Positions 1 to 8,776 of a stretch of 64,000 nt of DNA are shown here, in pieces (the stretch's first letter is position 1; the number at the start of each line of letters is the position of its first letter). The position numbers and the translations under genes were made by a program. The stretch spans positions 9,492 through 73,491 of IMG/VR virus record IMGVR_UViG_3300049846_002561. One strand, 5' to 3'. The notes under the pieces are model-generated. The model searched no databases. It was not told the DNA's origin and was given only the letters and a program-made list of their open reading frames with translations. This DNA is from a virus.

Positions 1-23
1 CTAATGAATTTAAACAAGAAAAA

Positions 24-731
24 ATGAATACGGTATACATAGGGTACGATTACCGGGAGGCTTTAGCGTACAACGTAGCTGAGCACTCCATTAAAAGCAG
101 ATCTGTTGGTGTCAGAGTGCAAATGTTGAGGCTTCAGGATTTAAGGTCACTGATATACAGGAAAGTAGAGATGCGCGGAAATCAGATGTGGTGTCCTATA
201 AGTGAGGCTCCCGTTGGAACAGAGTTTACGTTCAGCAGGTTCTTGATACCAAAGATGGATTCCGGGTGGTCGATATTCATGGACTGCGATATCGTGTGCG
301 TATCAGATATAAGGGAGCTGTTTGAGTTCATAAACGCTCCGGAAAACCAAAAGTATGCCGCCATGTGCGTAAAACACAATTATGTTCCAAAGGAAAAGAT
401 ACACATGGTAGATCAGATACAGACTGTTTATGACAGGAAAAACTGGGCATCCGTAATTGCTTTTAATTGCGATCACGAGGCGCACAGAAGGCTTTCCTTT
501 GAGGACATAAACACGTGGCCCGGAAGGGACCTGCACGCTCTTAAATGGATGAAGGACGAGGAAATAGGAGAGCTGCCCGCTGAGTGGAACCACCTTGTTG
601 ACGTGAACGACCCTAATCCAGGCGCCAAGATACTACATTATACCCTCGGTGGGCCATGGATACCGGGGTGGCAGCCAAAAGAAAGCGATAACGCATGGAT
701 TGAAGAATACAATAAATTTATATCTTTGTAG
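24..731 (+). CDS. glycosyltransferase, GT8-like (phage type)
   Basis: VYIGYD..E N-terminus, TEFTFSRFLIP, FMDCD (DxD), RKNWAS, LPAEWNHLV and ILHYTLGGPW motifs typical of this phage GT-A family. Confidence 0.85.
   Translation: MNTVYIGYDYREALAYNVAEHSIKSRSVGVRVQMLRLQDLRSLIYRKVEMRGNQMWCPISEAPVGTEFTFSRFLIPKMDSGWSIFMDCDIVCVSDIRELFEFINAPENQKYAAMCVKHNYVPKEKIHMVDQIQTVYDRKNWASVIAFNCDHEAHRRLSFEDINTWPGRDLHALKWMKDEEIGELPAEWNHLVDVNDPNPGAKILHYTLGGPWIPGWQPKESDNAWIEEYNKFISL
721..728 (+). promoter_or_regulatory. Bacteroidota sigma-A -7 box TATCTTTG, near-leaderless start
   Basis: exact TAnnTTTG match 5 nt before ATG 734. Confidence 0.6.
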
Positions 732-733
732 TC

Positions 734-1150
734 ATGTCTTCAAGTCCCGGAGCTACATTCAGAGATTTCTATGCGCATAGCGCACCGTGGCCTATCCCCG
801 ACTGGTTTACTCCAAACGGGGTGGGTCCCCGCCCCGCGGACATAACGCCCCCAGATGAGTACTTCGTATATGATCCGGATAATGCCGCAACGGCTCAGTA
901 CGGACTGTACAAATTTTACGATCGTGATACCAACTACTGGGATGATGACGAGGCGGCCATCGAGACCGGTGAGGCCGTGCCACACGCCTTTAAGAATGAG
1001 GTGAGTGAGTACTGGGCGGCATACGACTACCGCGTGGCGGAAATAAACGTATGGCAGCGTGACTACGACAAGGAAAGATACTTTCAGTGGCGCTGGTACT
1101 ACGCCGATGAGATGCTCGTGAAGAGAGAATACGGAAACATATCAAACTAA
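734..1150 (+). CDS. conserved phage hypothetical protein
   Basis: GATFRDFYA ... YYADEML resembles the common phage GMTLRDYFA...YADAML family. Confidence 0.6.
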   Translation: MSSSPGATFRDFYAHSAPWPIPDWFTPNGVGPRPADITPPDEYFVYDPDNAATAQYGLYKFYDRDTNYWDDDEAAIETGEAVPHAFKNEVSEYWAAYDYRVAEINVWQRDYDKERYFQWRWYYADEMLVKREYGNISN

Positions 1151-1163
1151 CAATAACGAAACA

Positions 1164-1910
1164 ATGACAACAGCTACAGAACAGATACCGTTGATAATTC
1201 CGGTATTCAACCAACTGACATTTACAAAGAAACTGGTGGACTCCTTCCGGAAGTACTATCCAAAGAACAGGATATACATCCTCGACAACGGCTCTACATA
1301 TCAGCCACTGAAAGACTGGCTAAAGGCCATAAACGATGGAACGGAAGAGCAAAACGTTGTTGTCTTTCATTCCCCTGAAAATGATTTTCGTGGCAACCTA
1401 CGCCACTTCCTTGACGACTACATTCACGTAGGATATCCTTTCTACGCAATTTCCGATCCCGATATCGAGATCCTCGATGGGACACCTGAAGACTTCATGA
1501 GCTACTTCATGACCGCTATCGAGGTTGGTGGATTGCATCGCGCAGGCTTTGGCCTTAAAACGGATGACATCCCAGATTACTTTGAAGATAAGGCCATGGT
1601 GGTGGGCAATGAGGCGGAGCTCAAGAAGTCGCCAATGTGGGCAAACAAGGTGCAGGGGTGGATCGCCCCCCTTGACACTACCTTCTGTCTATACAAACGA
1701 GACAACGGAGGGTGGGCATCGCCAATGGATGGCAAAAAGTGGGGTAGCTGCGCGCGTATATTCGAGGCTAAGCACTGGGGTTGGTACATCGATCCAAACA
1801 ATGTAAGTGAAGAGATGGACTTCTACTTTAAGACGTGCAATAAATTCATTCCAGGCACTCCCTCTGCCGGAGCAAACAACAATAGACCAAAGAAATATGA
1901 AAACAGTTAA
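1164..1910 (+). CDS. glycosyltransferase family 2-like
   Basis: IIPVFNQ, ILDNGSTY, ISDPD (DxD), APLDTTF. Confidence 0.8.
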   Translation: MTTATEQIPLIIPVFNQLTFTKKLVDSFRKYYPKNRIYILDNGSTYQPLKDWLKAINDGTEEQNVVVFHSPENDFRGNLRHFLDDYIHVGYPFYAISDPDIEILDGTPEDFMSYFMTAIEVGGLHRAGFGLKTDDIPDYFEDKAMVVGNEAELKKSPMWANKVQGWIAPLDTTFCLYKRDNGGWASPMDGKKWGSCARIFEAKHWGWYIDPNNVSEEMDFYFKTCNKFIPGTPSAGANNNRPKKYENS

Positions 1911-2493
1911 CAGAATACACTACGAAGACGTGGTGAACAACGTTCTCCTTGTGGGGACACTTGATCATAATGTGTTTCAGGGGTTCCTGGAAGATTACAG
2001 AACCCTCTCCTGCTTACTTAAAGAATATAAACCAAATTCTGTATTTGAGGTTGGAACAAACGTGGGCTCTGGTATCAATGTCATGGCTGCAGCGTTGCCC
2101 CTAGCTAAGATATACAGCCTGGATCTCGACTATGAGACCATGATGCTCAACAGTAAGCAATATCCTATCGGTCCGAACGGAGAGGATCGCGTGGGATCGG
2201 CGGCAAGAGTTCAGTACACACAGCTTCGCGGGGATAGCCTTACGTTTGATTATTCCGCATATCCATGTGAAGCGTACTACGTCGATGGAGAGCATGACTA
2301 CGATCATCCGTTCAAAGAGACAAAGGAGATCCTAAAGCAAAAGCCAAAGATCGTCATTTACCATGACGCTGACATTCCAGAAGTATTTAAGGGAATCGTT
2401 GATGGCGGTGCGGAAGATGATGATTACGTTCTATTCCGCGTGGAAGGGACAAGGATCGCCTTTTACCTGCACAAGAATTTCGTGAAATGGTAG
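1897..2493 (+). CDS. class I SAM-dependent methyltransferase (Methyltransf_24-like)
   Basis: VFEVGTNVGSG motif I, SLDL, GDS, YVDGEHDY, YHD; start moved to ATG 1897, overlapping the upstream gene end. Confidence 0.8.
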   Translation: MKTVNRIHYEDVVNNVLLVGTLDHNVFQGFLEDYRTLSCLLKEYKPNSVFEVGTNVGSGINVMAAALPLAKIYSLDLDYETMMLNSKQYPIGPNGEDRVGSAARVQYTQLRGDSLTFDYSAYPCEAYYVDGEHDYDHPFKETKEILKQKPKIVIYHDADIPEVFKGIVDGGAEDDDYVLFRVEGTRIAFYLHKNFVKW

Positions 2494-3179
2494 GCATTGT
2501 AGTTATCGCCTACAATAAACCCGACTTCATACGCCTGCAGATAGAGAAAATAAGTAAGTACTGCAAGGACGTGCACGAGATCGTTATTGTAGACAACAGC
2601 ACGGACAGGGAGATGTCCGCCGCTGTAAAGTATCACTCGGAGGGGCGCAAGTACATAAAAACAAACGCCTCCTCTTCCGGGGGTAGTCAGTCGCATTCCT
2701 TTGCTGCCAACCTATCGTTCATGCGCCTATGCGGAAAGTATGATTACTTCCTGTACCTCGATCATGACTGCTTCCCTGTAATGGACTTCTCCGTTCCTGA
2801 GATATTGGGTGAAAAAATTATTGCCGGTGTGGGGCAGGTGAAGGGAGAGAAGACGTACCTGTGGCCGGGGTGCCTGATGTGGAAGGGAGAAGCCATCGCC
2901 CCAGGTTATATCGACTTCTCTCCAAATGAGGAGCTTGGTCTTGACACCGGCGGTAACCTATACCGAATTGTCGATCACTATGGCCGGGAAAAGGTTTTGT
3001 TTCTAAATGAGGAGCACTGCGAGAACCCGCAATTCAATAAGTCCTTCTATAACTTTTACTGCATGATAAACAATGGTATGTTCATGCACTTTGTAAATGG
3101 CAGTGTCTGGAACAAAACAGTATCCGATGACGAAAGAGTGAACTCCCTTATAAACATACTAACCGAAAAAACGAAATGA
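2487..3179 (+). CDS. glycosyltransferase (GT-A fold)
   Basis: VIAYN, IVDNS, YLDHDCFP (DxD), LDTGG. Confidence 0.7.
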   Translation: MVGIVVIAYNKPDFIRLQIEKISKYCKDVHEIVIVDNSTDREMSAAVKYHSEGRKYIKTNASSSGGSQSHSFAANLSFMRLCGKYDYFLYLDHDCFPVMDFSVPEILGEKIIAGVGQVKGEKTYLWPGCLMWKGEAIAPGYIDFSPNEELGLDTGGNLYRIVDHYGREKVLFLNEEHCENPQFNKSFYNFYCMINNGMFMHFVNGSVWNKTVSDDERVNSLINILTEKTK

Positions 3180-6103
3180 AGTGCGCCGTAATTTTTTACC
3201 ACAAGAATGCCCTGCAGATATACAGGAGAGAGTGGATAAATGACTGTATCTACACAATAAAAAATCAGACGTTCAAGAACTTTGATGTTTTTGAGCTTAA
3301 CTACGGCGGATCCGAAGATCGCTTTGGTGAGGGCGTTTTTAGTAATTACATATTCATCCAAAAGCAAATGGAGAATCACATAGAGGCCATGAACTATCTA
3401 TACTCTATGTTGTTTGCTAATGGATACGACGTGGTATTTAATACCAACCTTGATGACTTTTACTCGGAGCGTAGGTTTGAGGTACAGCTTTCATACATAG
3501 AGCAGGGATACGACATCGTTAGCTCAGACTTCAAGTATGTGAACGAGAGGTCCGAGGCATACAAGGACATGGTGATGACTCAAAAGGGTGGTATTGCGGA
3601 AAACCTGGCAAGGAACCACAACGTTATAGCCCATCCATGTGTGGCCATGAGTAAATCCTTCTGGGACGACAACCTACACTATAAAAACATCCTCGGAAGT
3701 GAGGATCTAGACCTATGGAAGAGGGGCGTTGTTGCGGGCAAGAAGTTCTTCATTATCCCTGAGTTCCTGTTGTTCTACAGGATCCACGATACGCAGGTAA
3801 CCAAGGAATTTCGGTCAAAAAAAAAGGTTAACCTAATGGTGATCGCCACAAATAAGTACCGGCACTTTGTGGCGCCATTACTTGACTCTGCAGATAAGTA
3901 CTTCCTCGATGATTGCGACGTAGAGTATTGCGTGTTTACAGACGATATTACGGACATGGAAAAGCGCCTCAATAGGCCGTGCCACATCTTCGAGGTCAAG
4001 CATCAGCCGTGGCCATACATGACCCTCCATCGCTTCCATGTGTTTAGGAAGTACATGAACGACATGCCTACGGCGGACTACTATGCGTACATAGATGCAG
4101 ACACTCTGTTTAAGGGTATTATCACCAAGGAAATACTCAGCAACGAAACGGTTGTGCAGCACTGCGGCTTTACAAATCAAAGGGGGCCATACGAGACGAA
4201 CCCTATGTCAGAGAGCTTTGTTCCCCCTCAGATGGGAACCCATTACTTCGGAGGTGGATTTTGGCTATTCTCAAAGGAGCGATTCCCGCACATCGTAAAC
4301 TTGGCCATACAGATGATAGACACGGATGCCGGTAGAGGAATAATACCGGTGTGGCATGACGAAAGCGTGTTGAATAAATTAATGGTAATGTCTCCGCCGG
4401 AGAAGATACTGCCCCCCGCATACCACTATCCTCAGTCCAGGACCGCCCATTACATAAAAAAGTGGGGTCGTAACTACGAGTGTAAAATACTGCTTCTTGA
4501 CAAAAATCACGATGAGTATCGCAAGGAAGATGAAAAGCCAGAGGTCTCAGTGTGGCTAGAGAGATATCCATTTGTTACCATGTCTAACTTCGGTAGCAAC
4601 GGTCGCCTTGGGAACATGATGTTTCAGTACGCCTTCCTGATCGGATTATCAAAGAAGTACAACGTGGACATCAAAATGCCAGCGTTCAGGAACATGCCTG
4701 ACACCAGACCGGAGTCCATGGAAAACGTGCTCCCGCGTAAGGAAAGGAGCTTTCACTACACGCCTCAGTACTATGACGAGATGAACTGGCAGCGGTCGTG
4801 GGACTTCTCCGGATACTTCCAAAGCGAAAAGTACTGGTCTCACTGCCGGGAGGCGGTAATATCGGCGCTTGCCTTTAATGACGGCGATCACATGGGCGCT
4901 GTTGAGTCCATGGGTAATGCCTTCTCCAGGGAGACGATCGCCATCCACATTCGCCGCGGAGACTACGTAAATAACAAAAACTACTATCAGCTCACGGCAA
5001 GGTACTACATATTGGCCCTTGAGGAGAATTTCCCTAACTGGAGGGACTGTAACCTGGTATTTTTCTCAGATGACATTGAGTATGCCATGATCCACTTTGA
5101 GTGTCTCGATAACGCATACTTCTCTGAGGGGCATAGCGAGATAGAGGACATGTTCCTAATGTCCAAGTGCGACAATCACATAATAGCCAACTCCACCTTC
5201 TCGTGGTGGGGAGCATACCTCTCAAAAAGTAAGAAGGTAGTTTGCCCGGCAAACGTCTTTGACACCAAGATGAAGGTCACGCACAATACCAAGGACTTCT
5301 ATCCGGAGGGGTGGGTAAAGTTCAGTGATGAGGGTAAGAGGATAAACCTACAGAACCTTACTTTTATCATACCGGTAAAGTTTGATCACCGTGACAGGAT
5401 ACAGAACTTTGAGATATCTACCGCTATGATACGCGAGAATTTCGTGGCTCCGATATATGTTGGTGAGATCGCTAAGGTGGGAACATTCTTTAATAAGAAC
5501 TGCGATGTATACACGGAGTTCAAGATGCACAACTTCCACCGCACAAAGATGATCAACGACATGGTGAAGAAGATAAGCACCCCGTTCTTTGTAAACTATG
5601 ACTGTGATGTTCTCCTCGCCCCCATGCAAATCATGGAGGCTGTACGTAAGCTACAACAGGGAAGTGACATGGTATCGCCATACGACTGGAGGTTCTCCAG
5701 GGTGCCTCGCGCATGGGAGCCCGCGCTCAAAAAGAACACCGATGTAGGCATATTCTCCGGTCACAGGAACTCTTTCATAGGGTTCCGTGAAGGGGACAAG
5801 GAGAGCTGGGGGGGAGCTATATTTTTCAACAAGGAATCGTTCATAAAAGGAGGAATGGAAAATGAGAACTTTATATCTTTTGGTCCTGAAGATTCGGAAA
5901 GGCTTCAGCGATTTTCTAAGCTTGGATTTTCGGTATGCAGAGTTAGGGGGCCACTCTATCACCTCGATCACTTTAAAGGAATTGATAGCGGGAAAACTCA
6001 TGCGTTTTTTCAGAAAAATAAAGCCGAGTTCAAGAAAATACTCGCCCTGAGCGCTGAAGATCTTAGAAAATATGTAGATTCGTGGTCATGGTTAAAGGCT
6101 TAA
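3176..6103 (+). CDS. four-domain glycosyltransferase: GT2-like + GT6 + GT11 + GT7-C-like
   Basis: aa 1-~213 GT2 (NLDD, HPCV, EDLDLW); aa ~216-450 GT6 (IATNKY, VFTD, YIDAD, YFGGGF, WHDESVLNK); aa ~468-718 GT11 (GRLGNMMFQYA, GYFQSEKY, HIRRGDY, FSDD, IIANSTFSWWGAYL); aa ~724-975 GT7-C (NYDCD, WGGAIFF, GGMENENFISFGPED, LYHLDH). Confidence 0.9.
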   Translation: MKCAVIFYHKNALQIYRREWINDCIYTIKNQTFKNFDVFELNYGGSEDRFGEGVFSNYIFIQKQMENHIEAMNYLYSMLFANGYDVVFNTNLDDFYSERRFEVQLSYIEQGYDIVSSDFKYVNERSEAYKDMVMTQKGGIAENLARNHNVIAHPCVAMSKSFWDDNLHYKNILGSEDLDLWKRGVVAGKKFFIIPEFLLFYRIHDTQVTKEFRSKKKVNLMVIATNKYRHFVAPLLDSADKYFLDDCDVEYCVFTDDITDMEKRLNRPCHIFEVKHQPWPYMTLHRFHVFRKYMNDMPTADYYAYIDADTLFKGIITKEILSNETVVQHCGFTNQRGPYETNPMSESFVPPQMGTHYFGGGFWLFSKERFPHIVNLAIQMIDTDAGRGIIPVWHDESVLNKLMVMSPPEKILPPAYHYPQSRTAHYIKKWGRNYECKILLLDKNHDEYRKEDEKPEVSVWLERYPFVTMSNFGSNGRLGNMMFQYAFLIGLSKKYNVDIKMPAFRNMPDTRPESMENVLPRKERSFHYTPQYYDEMNWQRSWDFSGYFQSEKYWSHCREAVISALAFNDGDHMGAVESMGNAFSRETIAIHIRRGDYVNNKNYYQLTARYYILALEENFPNWRDCNLVFFSDDIEYAMIHFECLDNAYFSEGHSEIEDMFLMSKCDNHIIANSTFSWWGAYLSKSKKVVCPANVFDTKMKVTHNTKDFYPEGWVKFSDEGKRINLQNLTFIIPVKFDHRDRIQNFEISTAMIRENFVAPIYVGEIAKVGTFFNKNCDVYTEFKMHNFHRTKMINDMVKKISTPFFVNYDCDVLLAPMQIMEAVRKLQQGSDMVSPYDWRFSRVPRAWEPALKKNTDVGIFSGHRNSFIGFREGDKESWGGAIFFNKESFIKGGMENENFISFGPEDSERLQRFSKLGFSVCRVRGPLYHLDHFKGIDSGKTHAFFQKNKAEFKKILALSAEDLRKYVDSWSWLKA

Positions 6104-6145
6104 TGGTTATAGCATGCGTTCTTATTATCTCTGCGATCTGCATCT

Positions 6146-6898
6146 ATGGAGAAAAAAAATGATCTTGTATACATTGTAGGTGCCGGATCGCCGTGGCTGA
6201 ACAACGAGCTGCGCTACTCCCTGCGAAGCGTAGATAAGTTCCTAAAGAACTACAGGAACGTATTTATATTTGGTGAGTGCCCTATATTTATCAATAGGTC
6301 GTCCGTGATACACGTCCCGCACCAGGATACAAGCAGAGATAAGGCAGTGAACATAAAGAATAAGCTTATGTCCGTATGTTGTCATCCCGACGTTAGCGAG
6401 GATTTTATGTTCTTTAACGACGACTATTTCCTGCTAAAGGATGTTGACGCTACCAGCTACCCATATCTGTGGAAGTGCGACCTTGATCACACCCTATCAA
6501 TAAACAGGTCCCTGTACCGCCATCACGTTCAATCAACAATAAATGTACTTACAGAGAACGGCCTTCCAACAAAAAACTTTGACACCCACAAGCCGATCAT
6601 ATACAACAAGCAAAAACTCTGGGACGTTATATTTAAATACAACTGGGAGGGGCGCGCCGGCTATACCATGCGGTCCCTATACTGCAATACCCTCGGCATA
6701 GAGGGTGAGTATCGCCTGGACTGCAAGTTTAACGTGCCCATGCACGATGTCCGCCTGGAGCAGAAGGTTACCGGTGAGGATTGCTTTTCCATTGATGATA
6801 GGTGCATAGGAATGTTCCTCAAGCGCTTCATGGAGAGAACCTACTCGGAACCGTCACGATTTGAACGGGAGATATTACCGGTAAAGGGTACCTCGTAG
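6146..6898 (+). CDS. Stealth-family hexose-1-phosphate transferase-like protein
   Basis: ELRYSLRSV (CR2-like) and FMFFNDDYF motifs. Confidence 0.75.
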   Translation: MEKKNDLVYIVGAGSPWLNNELRYSLRSVDKFLKNYRNVFIFGECPIFINRSSVIHVPHQDTSRDKAVNIKNKLMSVCCHPDVSEDFMFFNDDYFLLKDVDATSYPYLWKCDLDHTLSINRSLYRHHVQSTINVLTENGLPTKNFDTHKPIIYNKQKLWDVIFKYNWEGRAGYTMRSLYCNTLGIEGEYRLDCKFNVPMHDVRLEQKVTGEDCFSIDDRCIGMFLKRFMERTYSEPSRFEREILPVKGTS

Positions 6899-6978
6899 CC
6901 CTTTCAAGAGAAAAGTAAGTGAGCTTTATCCTGTTACAGATAATGTCAGAGTCCCGGTGAGCGCGGGATCCGCAGTAG

Positions 6979-7539
6979 TTACATTTCGATTTCTTTGAGG
7001 TTGCCATTTGCAGTTTTCTCTTCTACCTTTATTCCCAGGGAGAAGAACACGGCATAAGCGATCCTGTGGTTGGGGATGATCAGGCTATACTCCTTGAACG
7101 AAAGGTCCTCATTGCGAATGAGTAGATGCCATACACTTGCCTTCTCCTGATCACGGAATAAAGACACCGAGTCATCGTATCTCGATACGTATACCTTTAC
7201 TGGGTTGTCGGAGATTTCCTTTGGGCCTACAGCCTTGAGGAATCCAAACTCCTCGGGAATGAACGGGTCGTCGGAGAGCAGGTGTTCCACCTGGCTGTCA
7301 GAGACGATCAGTGCCTCGGCGTAGTCAAATAGCCTGAAGAGTAGGAAGTCGATCACCTTACCCGCAAAAAGGCGTTGTATGAAGTTTGGCCTCTTGAAGT
7401 CCGGGAATGAAGACTTGTCGCAGTCTATTACTACCTTATTGTCTTTATTGAGAACAACGGCGGGCCTGTTCCTGAAGCGCGTCCGTGACATTACCCCGTC
7501 GTAGGGGTATCCTTTCGTGATGCTGTAATCTGGTTTCAT
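6979..7539 (-). CDS. hypothetical protein
   Basis: 186-aa ORF directly abutting the upstream - strand gene. Confidence 0.6.
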   Translation of the reverse strand: MKPDYSITKGYPYDGVMSRTRFRNRPAVVLNKDNKVVIDCDKSSFPDFKRPNFIQRLFAGKVIDFLLFRLFDYAEALIVSDSQVEHLLSDDPFIPEEFGFLKAVGPKEISDNPVKVYVSRYDDSVSLFRDQEKASVWHLLIRNEDLSFKEYSLIIPNHRIAYAVFFSLGIKVEEKTANGNLKEIEM

Positions 7540-7974
7540 TTAGTTTAATGGAGTTACATTTTTAAATAGGCAGTTCAACACCGCGTCGTCCCAATCGGTA
7601 AACTCATACCCCTCTCTGAAAAATACGCACGACACGTATTCGGTTGTGGTGTTAAAGTCGGCGCGGATCATGCCTTTGTACTTTATCCTGTCCGGCATTG
7701 GCTCGTTGATGGAGCGATCATCGAGGAGGCGCATCTCCCGGTAAAAGTTCATCATCTTTGAATTGAAAACAGAGTACGGCACGCGTAGGTATGCCACCCT
7801 GTCCACAAGATACACGCAGGTGCGGAACACTTTATCTTTAAAGCCCTCTCTTTCGTTGTCGCACTCTCCGTAACTACGGACATCAAATAGGTTTATGGTA
7901 TACGTGTTTGAGGACAGCGCCCCCAATTCGTTCATCCACTCTTCTTTTACTACGTATGGCCGGAAGGGATTCAT
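7540..7974 (-). CDS. hypothetical protein
   Basis: 144-aa ORF preceded by a TAATTTTA -7-like box (7981-7988). Confidence 0.6.
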   Translation of the reverse strand: MNPFRPYVVKEEWMNELGALSSNTYTINLFDVRSYGECDNEREGFKDKVFRTCVYLVDRVAYLRVPYSVFNSKMMNFYREMRLLDDRSINEPMPDRIKYKGMIRADFNTTTEYVSCVFFREGYEFTDWDDAVLNCLFKNVTPLN

Positions 7975-8068
7975 GATTTGTAAAATTAAAAAAAGGGACG
8001 GTACATACCAAACAGTGTTGATATCTCATAGCCCCTTCTTTTTATGCCCCCCGCTTAACGGGAAACAA

Positions 8069-8341
8069 TTACGCTACAGCAGTTGACGCTGTTGAGGTGT
8101 AGTTCGTGAAGCTCGTATCGCGAAGGTTGGCCGTCGCAAACGGGATCTCGATTCTCCTCAGAGCAGCGTTCGCGGCATCCTTAATGGTAAACACGATCAA
8201 GAACTTTGCAGTGCTTGACGGGCCATTTACGTTTGCCGGAAGATCGATTTTCTCTGCTGTGATCACATCTTCAACGGGAACCTTGATGGTTGGTTTCAAG
8301 GAGTTAGTGAAGTGGACCATTGGTTTTGAAATGCCTGACAT
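8069..8341 (-). CDS. hypothetical protein (possibly virion-associated)
   Basis: 90-aa ORF with its own TATATTTG promoter (8371-8378, - strand) and A-rich leader. Confidence 0.6.
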   Translation of the reverse strand: MSGISKPMVHFTNSLKPTIKVPVEDVITAEKIDLPANVNGPSSTAKFLIVFTIKDAANAALRRIEIPFATANLRDTSFTNYTSTASTAVA

Positions 8342-8391
8342 GGTGTTTTGTTTTTTGAGATTAAGATTTACAAATATACAAATTTTTAATT

Positions 8392-8417
8392 AAAAAAGCC
8401 CCGAAGGGCTCTTTTTT
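8392..8417 (-). terminator. intrinsic terminator ending the tmRNA coding piece
   Basis: - strand AGCCC-TTCG-GGGCT followed by T6, immediately after the tag stop codon. Confidence 0.8.
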
Positions 8418-8545
8418 AGGCTGCAAGTTTTGCAGTGTGACTAGCGCCTTCCTGGAAGAGGCTGATCACCTTTGTTTTTTTGTCGTTTAGTACTTCCCGA
8501 AGATATCTCTTCTTCTCGGCTCACTGATCAAAACCGGTCGGACCC
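8392..8545 (-). ncRNA. ssrA: permuted (two-piece) tmRNA, coding piece
   Basis: starts GGGTCCG-ACCGGTTTTGA (acceptor 5' strand plus D-loop analogue); TCAGTGAGC pairs with the acceptor piece; resume context TAAAC|GAC; tag DKKTKVISLFQEGASHTAKLAA* at 8484-8416. Confidence 0.85.
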
Positions 8546-8636
8546 ATGTCGGAACAGTGCTCTCAGCCAGGGCGCTTTGAACCGTTGGCCAATGGAAGAT
8601 GTTCCGTTTGTTCGGCGAAGAACATTTCTTTAGTTG

Positions 8637-8725
8637 CCTTTCCGGCAGGACTGTCCTGCATCTCTTTGTTATCAGTCCTTCTTCAACTATCATGACAACA
8701 ACCGCTTTAATTAAGCTACGGTAGG
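8637..8725 (-). ncRNA. degenerate tRNA-like cloverleaf in the tmRNA intervening segment
   Basis: CCT(A)CCG/CGG(AA)AGG acceptor-like stem, TA, D arm GCTT/AAGC, long arm TTGTTGTC/GATAACAA, T-like arm GCAGG-ACAGT-CCTGC. Confidence 0.5.
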
Positions 8726-8766
8726 GTGGATCCGGAGGGATTCGAACCCTCGTCTCAATGAACGGC
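8725..8766 (-). ncRNA. ssrA: permuted (two-piece) tmRNA, acceptor piece
   Basis: GTTCATTGA-GAC-GAGGG-TTCGAAT-CCCTC-CGGATCC-A-CC: T arm plus acceptor 3' strand, giving G3.U70 with GGGTCCG at 8545-8539. Confidence 0.85.
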
Positions 8767-8768
8767 GA

Positions 8769-8776
8769 TAAAGGTA
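8769..8776 (-). promoter_or_regulatory. -7-like promoter box TACCTTTA for the tmRNA precursor
   Basis: 7/8 match to TAnnTTTG, 5 nt before the first paired base of the acceptor piece. Confidence 0.55.

Noticed and set aside
8725-8755. Ordinary tRNA gene or attP-type tRNA 3' fragment
   Set aside because: No D or anticodon arm lies upstream. The complementary acceptor 5' strand, helix 2 partner and a tag frame lie downstream, which fits a permuted tmRNA better.
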